DNA from: Octopus bimaculoides
Lineage: Eukaryota
Direction: 5' to 3'
Length of the DNA stretch: 45,126 bases
Assembly (NCBI RefSeq): GCF_001194135.2
Contig: NC_068993.1
Span: forward strand, 39,220,847-39,265,972
In this document: piece by piece, positions 35,960 through 45,126 of the stretch
Numbering within the stretch: the first letter of the stretch is position 1
Layout: each line of letters opens with the position of its first letter
Position numbers and translations under genes: made by a program
Notes under the pieces: model-generated
Told to the model about the DNA's origin: nothing
What the model saw: only the letters and a program-made list of their open reading frames with translations
Databases searched by the model: none

Positions 35960-36350
35960 ATCATCATCATCATTTAACATCTGCCTTCTATGCTGGCTTC
36001 GGTTGGATGGTTTGACAGGAGCCGACCAGGAAGGATACTACACCAGCTACTGGGCCTATTTTTGGAGTGGTTTTTATGGCTGGATGCCCTTTCTAACACC
36101 AACAACCCCGTAGAGTGAACTGGTATCGACATAGGTGAAATCAGTTTTGGCATGGTTTTTACAGCTGGATGCCCTCCAAAATGCCAACCACTTCACAGTG
36201 TGGACTGGTTGCTTTTTACATGACACCAGCACCAGTGGGGTCACCAAGTAACTTGCAATTTTAAAAGGGGAGGGGAATTGGAATTGGTGATCTGGAGTCA
36301 GATGATGAAAGATTAGAGTGTGACAAAGACAGAGAGACAGAGAGACACAG
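35960..36350 (-). mobile_element. RTE-tailed repeat copies
   Basis: (CAT)n-TTAACATCTGCC start and two GGCTGGATGCCC motifs. Confidence 0.65.
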
Positions 36351-37154
36351 AAAAAATACCAAAGAACACATGGATAAGCCTGGAACATTTTAGTGCATGC
36401 AGGCACCCACACATACAGAAACCAGAATCACTACAGGTATTTCCTGCAACTTAACCCTTATTTTATATTAAGTGACCAAACTAGAGAATGCAGAATTATT
36501 TCTTCAGAATTACAACAAATAAAATGGAAAGTATTTCATGCCAGCATGGAAAATGGATCTTAAGTGATGATTAAATGAATTTGTGTGAAATAAAAGTGGT
36601 TTTGTTGACTTATCAATAACAGAGCCGTAGGTATATTCTATTTCTTTTAATGAGGCACAAAGTTGTCTGAGATAATATATTTGACTCTTTACTTGAGAGG
36701 TGGAGGGTCAGGAGTTCAAAACTTTAGCAAGTTTTCTGCTATCTTTCATGAGAGATAGCAGTTTTCTGATATTTTTTGGCAGGTATAGGAAAGCAGACGG
36801 CAATATATTGTACATTAACTAGTTACCATTTTTCTTTTAACTGTTTTTTCTGAGTACTAAATGTGATAGATTAGTGACTTATCCTGGAGAGGGGAGATTT
36901 ATGTATTATTCCCTTATGACTAGAGAAAGCTAGATCTTGTAACAATTTTTTTTTTATATTTTTAGCTCAAATCATCACCTTAAGTATAAGGGGGCTGTTA
37001 TATGAGGATTATTTGCTAGGTACAAAATACTACTTCTACTACTACTAATAATAATAATTATAAAAGAATTATAAGAATATACAGAGCAAACAAAATCAGT
37101 AGGTAATATAGACGTAACATACTCTAAAAGAAGGAACAATAATATATCTATCAT

Positions 37155-37188
<34 letters not shown>

Positions 37189-37306
37189 TATACACATACA
37201 TAAATATAAATACATACATGTATATATGCTTGTATGTATGTTTGCATGTACATGATATGTATATACTTACATAAATACATTCATTCATATATATATACAC
37301 ATACAT

Positions 37307-37337
<31 letters not shown>

Positions 37338-38127
37338 CACATATGTATATATGTACGTATGTATGTATGTATTTATATGTATGTATGTGTGTGTGTGTAT
37401 GTATGTGTGTGTGTGTATGTATGTGTGTATGTATGAATGTATATATGTAAGCGACACATGTTAAAGATTGTCTGACATTTTGATTCTTCCATTAAGATTC
37501 TTTAGATAATAAATAATGGTAATATCTTTTATTGCAATAAATAAACATAATTCTCTTCCTTTTTTTATTTACTGTTTTTTAGTGATATTTATTTGTGTAC
37601 TTATTATTTTTTTTTAAATAAAAAAAAACGAGATATTTGTCAGAATAATTGTCTTTACAGCTGCAATTTTTATGAAGAATCTCTTGAAGTTATCAGATAA
37701 TAACCATCTCACAGTTAGATTCCAATGTCTCAATTTCTAATGTAAAATTAAAAAAAAAAAAAAAAAAAAAAATGAGATATTAAAAAAATATTTTTAAAAA
37801 AACCCCCAAAACTAATATAATATAAAATAAACAAACCAAACAGTTAATATGCTTTGGATATTTGCCAGGAAATTTACGATACTAAAATTTATCGATTCTT
37901 ATGAATTTTGATATCTTTATCCCAATTTGTATCACTAATATAGCATAAGGAGTTTGCACTCTCTAATGTTTTATTGTATACACACATTTCAACACATGAG
38001 GGAGATTTATAAATGACTGTTGAGAGTTTAAAGATGGCCAAACAACTAGAAAGTAACAATTTGTTTTAACATCATTAAAAGAAAATGTGTAATTTTGTTG
38101 TATTTTTGTCTTTAATATTTCTTTTTA

Positions 38128-38575
38128 TAAGCTGGCAAAATCGTTAGCTGGTTGGGCAAAATGCAAAGTGGCATTTTTTGTCCATCTTCATGTTCTGTGT
38201 TCAAATTCTGTTGAGGTCAACTTTTTCTTTCATCCCTTCAGGGTCGATGAAATAAGTACCAGATGAATACTGGGGTTGATGTTCCCCCACCACCACCACC
38301 ATAAAATTGCTGGCCTTGTACCAAAATTTGAGACCAATATTACCTTTTTCATAAGGCAGCAGGCTGGCAGAATTGTTAGCACGCCAGGCAAAATTCTTAG
38401 TGACATCTTTTGTCTGTCTTCACATTCTGAGTTCAAATTTCACCGTGGTTGACTTTTCCTTTCATCTCTTCTTTGGGGTCACTAAAATAAGTATCAGTTG
38501 AATACTGATGCTGATGTTACCGACTACCCCTCCCCTAAAATTGCTGGCTCTGTGCCAAAATTTGCAACCAATACT
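38128..38575 (+). mobile_element. Two tandem SINE family A copies
   Basis: Two complete head-core-tail motif sets. Confidence 0.82.
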
Positions 38576-38739
38576 TTTTCTTTTATAGCTTTCTTATGTT
38601 ATATGGACAACCTCATTGGTGTAGTTGGACAGGTATTAAATATACCTTTACACAGATCTCCTTACTAAGACTGTAAACATCCATATCTTGTCCTTTTTTG
38701 GTTAATATTTGAGGAAATCTGAGACAATAAAACATGGAT

Positions 38740-39130
38740 ACTAACCTACTTAGACTGAGCTGGCATGTTGGAAGGCTGTGCCAGGATCCAGTCTTATTTG
38801 GCAAGGTTTTCTATGGCTGAATGCCCTTCCTAATACCAACCACTCCGAGCATGTAATGGGTGCTTTTACATACCACTGGCCCGGGTGCCATTTGCATGAT
38901 ACTGGTATTCACCATGACTGTGATTTTGCTCAGATTGATGGGTTTTCTCAAGCACAACATAATGCCAAAGTTCTTGGTCATTGCCTCTTTGAGGTCCAAC
39001 ACTCGGTGGGAGCTCAGCCACTTTGCCTCCATGAAGTCCAATACTCAAAAGAATCTTAGCCACTTCACCTCTGTGAAACCTGTTTGAAAGGAACTCAGCT
39101 ACTTTGCCACCACGAGGCCCAGCTGTTTGG
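38740..39130 (-). mobile_element. RTE-tailed repeat remnant with short internal repeats
   Basis: GGCTGAATGCCCTTCCTAATACCAACCACTCCGAG; repeated TCAGCCACTTTGCC-like units at about 39014-39110. Confidence 0.6.
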
Positions 39131-39764
39131 TCACTTTGCCAGCTCACAGCCTTCAGCCAACAATTGAGTATATTGGAGTATCATAAAAGGATGTGCCTTA
39201 GAGCTTTGCTCTAGAACGCCATGTGCTATCCAGTCTATGAATTCTTCTCATGACTCAAAGATCATGAATCAGATACTGGAACATCAGAACTACACACAAC
39301 AACAACAGCAGCAACAACAAATCTATATTTATTTTCAATGAATTTGAATTCTTCCAGGACTGGTGTTAATGTTTATTCTGGAAGCCTCAATAAAGTAGTA
39401 CCAGTAATACGCTTGTAGTCCTTTTACTTGACTTCACCCCTGCTCTGTTAAGATTGCACTTATACCACTCCAAGATAGTGGTTTGACAAAACTGTAAGAA
39501 CAGTACTGAATGTCTTGCTTTATTATTAGTTCTGAGTTCGAATCTCACCATGGCCTACTTGGATTGTGGACATCATCAATCATTAATTTCAACATTGCTA
39601 CAGAAGAATCCACTCTGTTGTAAGAATTTGGGCTTAGTCTTTGGTTTGAGGATAAACGCCTTCTTCATCCCCACCAGCCTTGGAAGTCCCAGGAAGTATC
39701 ACATGATTACTTTCTCTTTAAACTAAAAGATAAGACAACATGGTTGGTGCACTTTGTTGATTAT

Positions 39765-40275
39765 GACAACGTGGGTTCCAGTTGATTCGATCCACTTAAT
39801 CACCTTCTCATGAAATTAAAATGCAAGTGACTGAGCACTCCACAGACATGCATATCTTTGACATAGTCAATACAGTTCTATATTTAAGAGATAAAAAATT
39901 ATATACATTATTTACATTTGACGGATATTTGTCCTCATCTTGTTTGTTGTTAACACAACATTTTGGCTGATATACCCTCCAGCCTTCATCAGGTGTCTTG
40001 GGGAAATTTCGAACTTGGGTTCTCATTCCTAAGGTATTTTTCGATGTTGTTATGATTATTATTATTATTGACATAGTTCTCAGGGAGATTCAGCATGACA
40101 TATTTAATGCGACATGATTGACCCTTTGTATTACAGATACAACCTGTTTTTGCCAGCTGAGTGAACTGGAGCAACATGAAATAAAGTGTCTTACTTAAGA
40201 GATACAAGCACCGCCAGGAATCGAACTCACAATCTTGCAATCATGAACTGAATACACTGACCACTAAGCTGTGCA
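39765..40275 (-). mobile_element. SINE family B with long tail, interrupted by the hammerhead element
   Basis: CAGCTGAGTGAACTGGAGCAACATGAAATAAAGTGTCTT and GGAATCGAACTC; the tail sequence continues across 39868-40067. Confidence 0.7.
39868..40067 (-). mobile_element. 5'-truncated hammerhead-element copy with 10-bp TSD
   Basis: TTGACATAGT at 39858-39867 and 40068-40077; sequence matches 8990-9149 in reverse; GAAACG is changed to AAAATG. Confidence 0.88.
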
Positions 40276-40544
40276 TCATTCATTCTAAGATGATGACAAC
40301 AACAACAACAACAGAAGTAGTAACAATACCAACAACAACAATAGCATCTGTAACAATGACAAAAACTACATCAGCATTCACAACAACAACATAGTTGTTC
40401 TCATCATTCTTTGTCCTTAACTCTATTCTCTGCTAGTCTTTCTTTTCCTTCCTAGAATCGGTTAGGGAGACAGGCCAAAATCCCTCCAAAAATATTGAGT
40501 AAAAGAATTCAAAATACTTTTTTCCTTTTTCTTTTATAAAAAAG

Positions 40545-40760
40545 GGTGGCAGTGGTGGTGGTGGTGTTGGCGTTGGTGGTGGTGGTGATGGTGGTGGTGG
40601 TGGTGGTTATGGTAGTAATGGCGTTGATATTGAGAATGGTGTTGTTGTTGTTGTTGTCGTTGTTGGTGGTGGTATTGGTGGTAGTGGTGATGGTGGTGGT
40701 TGTAATGGTGTTGCTATCGTTGTTGTTGTTGTTGTTGGTAGTGGTGGTGTAGGCAGTGGT
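40545..40760. repeat. GGT/GTT low-complexity tract
   Basis: Seen directly. Confidence 0.85.
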
Positions 40761-41266
40761 TCTGTTTTTTAAAGAACCGGAAACATATGTTTTGTTTGTG
40801 TGGTGCTTATCTAGAAGCGTACGCAAATCATTCTTCTAAACTAAGGAGACCTGGTAGAATCGTTCCTTGTATCTTTCTTCTGGTTTCCAAGTACCCTAAG
40901 CTATTCTATAACAAGACCCTTTGTACAACGCTGAATGTATGCAATTGTATCTCTGTAATAATACCGAGTATTCATTTTATTCTAATGCTGTGTTGTTTAG
41001 TGAAGTGAGTGAAACTAGTAAAGGATTTCAGACATGAAGAATATCCCATTCTTCAGAAACCACACACACACACACACATTTATACATACACACAGATACA
41101 CACATGCATGCACACATGTATATATATATATGTATGTATGTATGGATATAAACACACAGAGGAATATTTTTACATACATATATGTACATAGTTATATACC
41201 CATACAAAAACATATACATATATACATACAGACACATATACATACATGCATATATATATGTATATA

Positions 41267-41304
<38 letters not shown>

Positions 41305-43741
41305 NNNNNNNNNNNNNNNNNNNNNNNNNNNNNNNNNNNNNNNNNNNNNNNNNNNNNNNNNNNNNNNNNNNNNNNNNNNNNNNNNNNNNNNNNNNNNNNN
41401 NNNNNNNNNNNNNNNNNNNNNNNNNNNNNNNNNNNNNNNNNNNNNNNNNNNNNNNNNNNNNNNNNNNNNNNNNNNNNNNNNNNNNNNNNNNNNNNNNNNN
41501 NNNNNNNNNNNNNNNNNNNNNNNNNNNNNNNNNNNNNNNNNNNNNNNNNNNNNNNNNNNNNNNNNNNNNNNNNNNNNNNNNNNNNNNNNNNNNNNNNNNN
41601 NNNNNNNNNNNNNNNNNNNNNNNNNNNNNNNNNNNNNNNNNNNNNNNNNNNNNNNNNNNNNNNNNNNNNNNNNNNNNNNNNNNNNNNNNNNNNNNNNNNN
41701 NNNNNNNNNNNNNNNNNNNNNNNNNNNNNNNNNNNNNNNNNNNNNNNNNNNNNNNNNNNNNNNNNNNNNNNNNNNNNNNNNNNNNNNNNNNNNNNNNNNN
41801 NNNNNNNNNNNNNNNNNNNNNNNNNNNNNNNNNNNNNNNNNNNNNNNNNNNNNNNNNNNNNNNNNNNNNNNNNNNNNNNNNNNNNNNNNNNNNNNNNNNN
41901 NNNNNNNNNNNNNNNNNNNNNNNNNNNATATATACATGTCTCCCAGGGTTTTTTTTCTTTTATGATCCAGAACTGTAGCAATACATGATATCACACATAT
42001 TGGATGTATGTCTGACTGACTGGTAATCATAATTAAAATTGTTGATGTAGTTGTTGTTGTCACTGGACTACCTTTGATCCTACACGTGTTAAATCAATGC
42101 CCATCTGTGTGTTTGCAGCAGCAGCAACAGCAACAACAATGGAGACATTAAAAAATGTCTGAATAATTTTTAGTCTAAACTTTTGATCATTTCAAAAATT
42201 TTTTGAAATACCACAACAAAATATAATTATAGACACAAGCCAACAACGAAACCTCTACATAGCCAGACCACGTACCATAGCAGCCAAATCTCCCTCAAAT
42301 TATACAATCCTGTCTTAATGAAGGAAAAGCACAATACATAGTGTCTTCCTACATGCTTTAAACAAGGTATTAATGATGGCCACATTTAAAATACCTTCAG
42401 CAGTATAGCTGAATGGTTGGTAGTTCACTTCTCAATCACAAGGATCTGGGTTCAATGACACATCATGATAGAGACTTGTACCTTAGACTTGGATCACCCC
42501 AAAACTTTTGGGTGAAATCTGGTTAATGGAAACTATGTGGAAGTCTGAATGGATTGTGTCTCTCATTATATCACATTGATGCTGCCTAAAATGTGCCTTG
42601 AGGTTACAACTGCCCTTAGGACATTCATCCATCTACAGATTAATTCAATAAGCAGGTGGTCCAGTTATCATTATCAATATAGTTGGAAATCTATTTACGT
42701 TATCAGGATTCACCTGAGCAAAAATCAACAATAATAATATAGAGTGATGAAAGAGTTAATCTTCTTATATTGTAATATTTTCCATAATAAATGTTTCATA
42801 CAGCTTTTATGTAGTAATTTGGTTTATTCAGTTTAGCGCAGTATGGAGGTAGCAACATTCTTGAATAATTTCCGATTCCTGATTCAAAAGCTCTTGCACC
42901 CAATACATTATATTATAGCATTAAAAAATGCTCAGCATACTTTGTTTAACTGCAGTGCGATATAAAGTTAGGTACAACTTCCACTTTTTTGCTTGACCAG
43001 TAAAATATTGAAAAAAGATTTCTATCCGCAATGTCTTAAACCATTTAAATCATACATACTCAGACGCACCCCACCACACACAAATACAACGTAATATATT
43101 GTTCTATATGATTGCCCTTTCACAGCTAGTGTAGGTTTCTCGTCACAAATGAAAATATTTGTCAAAATATTCCAAAAGGCCTAACAGTCGAACGTCATTT
43201 AACTTTGCCTCATATTCTTCGCCCACACTATGGTTTTCTTTTATTAGCAGACATCTCATATTCAACGGCTTTATTGCCATAAATAGAAATTTTCACTCCA
43301 GAATTTTAAAATTCTGTAAGAGTTGAATGTTAGAAAGTCTTACAGTTTCCTATTACACGTAACTAACAATAGAAATATTTCTATTGTTAATCTGCGTCTT
43401 ATTTTTTTTTCTTATTACGTATGTAAATATAAGATGGTCCCATTTATGTCCAGCATGTTTTGTTGTTCCAGTAATAATGGATTTTGTGTGTCTCAACTAT
43501 TACTTCCACTGCTGCAGCATCGTTTATTTACACAGTTTCTAAAATGAATATGTTGTAGACTCTGAAACAGAGCATATTACTTCATCTGTTGAGCAAACAA
43601 CTTATTTTTTATTTTTTAGCGATAGTAGGAGCATGACACGGAGAAATTTACGTATTTATTATCACCCAGTTTATATTTATATCTTGTTGTATTTCGGGAT
43701 GGTCATTCTTTATTTTTGCCCCCATATATACACATGTACAA

Positions 43742-44004
43742 TATATATTTTTTCTTCACTCGTTTATTACTGTTCTTATTTTATCATTTTAACTAATATC
43801 CATTGTCCGGAAATCTTTCATCACACATTTGTGGCCGCATCAACTTAGAAGAACAGAATGGAGTAAGTAGAACAAGAACACACACGAAAGCGAAAAGCGT
43901 CGCTGAAGAGGTCACAGATGTGTGATGAAAGATTTCTGGACAATGGACATAAGCTAAAATAACAAAATAAGAACAGCAATAAACAAGTGAAGAAAAAATA
44001 TATA
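43742..44004. repeat. Long inverted repeat (95-bp arms) at the 3' end of a Penelope-like element
   Basis: 43742-43836 versus 43910-44004 with 10 mismatches; weaker similarity extends outward to about 43682 and 44053. Confidence 0.88.
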
Positions 44005-44760
44005 GTGCGTGTGTTTATTTGTCAAAAAAGAAAAAAATTCACCATTCGGAAAGACAACAATATCTGTTTCAACGCTCGATTTCACATCAGGAATCTTGCA
44101 AAATGAATTGATATATTTATATCATTCGCCATTAAGTCCCAAATGTGTTTCGATAGAGGTGTTGTATTTCTACTTCAAATATTTGGGAGCAATAATATGT
44201 TTACTGTGTCCTCGGTTTTGAATGCCTGTCGTGTTATTCCAATACTGTTTTTGCCTGTTTGTTTCTCAGTCAGGACTTTTGCATTGCAGAATACATTTTT
44301 AAACAATTTCCAATTAATATACATGGCTTTGATGATTAGTTATATCTTCATGAAGTGTTTTGTTTCGTTCTTGCCCTGCTGTATCTAACATTTTTGTTGT
44401 TCTTGTTGAATACTGTGTGATATCAGTTTGACACATTGGCACAACACTTAGGCTTAGTAGCAGGCAGAGTCAAACAATTTCCATTTTTCTGGTGAGTAAT
44501 GGCTAATGGCCTATTTGTGAGCTTTGCTAACGTCTTCTTCTTGTTCTGTGAAGCCGCTCACTTTAATGACGCTATTGTACTTTAGAACTGCACGGATGAG
44601 TATTATATTGTAGAATATTACAGTACAGACTATATAGTTTCTGCTGTTGACTAGGTTCTTTATTACAGACGGTTAGTTGTTGGAATGCTTGTTTGAATAC
44701 AAACTGCGGCATTTTGTCAAATTTTCTCAAATGATAGCATTTTCCTGTGGTTGGATATAA
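43895..44760 (-). mobile_element. Highly degenerate Penelope-like element (RT C-terminus, linker, GIY-YIG)
   Basis: Frameshifted minus-strand peptides in the expected order: TGKCYHLRK, SNN*PSVIKNL (cf. SNHPP), YNSVIKVSGF, VFNKNNKNVRYS, GNCL/KNVFCNAKV...SIGITRQAFKT, TTPLSKHIWDL, YCCLSE. Confidence 0.72.
43897..43940 (+). ncRNA. Degenerate hammerhead-like motif, antisense to the adjacent Penelope ORF
   Basis: GTCG-CTGAAGA-G-GTCACA-gatg-TGTGAT-GAAAGATTTC-TGGAC. Confidence 0.45.
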
Positions 44761-44884
44761 TTACTCACATGCACATACACACACAATACAAATGAACTTG
44801 CTCAAATGCAGATACAACTCGCTTGAAATATCGAATACCACCCATGGTAGCTTGAAAATCGAGTCATGAGATAATGAATTCAGT

Positions 44885-45063
44885 TTACACAAACACACAT
44901 GCTTATACATATGCATATACACATATATGTGTACATATATGCCTGTATGCATATATGTATGTGTGTTTATATATATGTATATATTATATATGTATGTGTG
45001 TATATATATGTGTATATATAATATATATATATATACATATATATGTGTATATATATATATACA

Positions 45064-45126
<63 letters not shown>
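44885..45126. repeat. TA/TG microsatellite
   Basis: Seen directly. Confidence 0.9.

Noticed and set aside
36419-36531. Putative micro-exons (AAACCAGAATCACTACAG and the following 23-mer)
   Set aside because: AG/GT pairs are common in AT-rich DNA, and the downstream part merges into a repeat tail.

Overview
This is AT-rich, microsatellite-dense eukaryotic genomic DNA with about 14 assembly gaps. The repeat content (tRNA-derived SINE families, TA/CA/AAT microsatellites, Penelope-like and mariner remnants) suggests a cephalopod, probably Octopus; that is inferred from repeat style, not from a database hit. No host protein-coding gene could be recognised, and almost all listed ORFs are microsatellite or gap artefacts, so the window is probably intronic or intergenic. 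Recognisable coding remnants are all from decayed mobile elements: two Penelope-like retroelements (RT + GIY-YIG; 13.4-14.7 kb on + and 43.9-44.8 kb on -), three Tc1/mariner remnants, and two C-terminal tails of an RLE-type non-LTR element. The most interesting signal is a small non-coding element built from a tRNA-like Pol III head, an (AAT)n spacer and a tail carrying a minimal type I hammerhead ribozyme. Tail segments occur four times: twice in one head-to-head insertion flanked by a 14-bp target-site duplication, and once with a 10-bp TSD. Further hammerhead-like remnants and two palindromic MITEs are also present. Repeat boundaries were read by eye and are approximate unless exact motifs are quoted.
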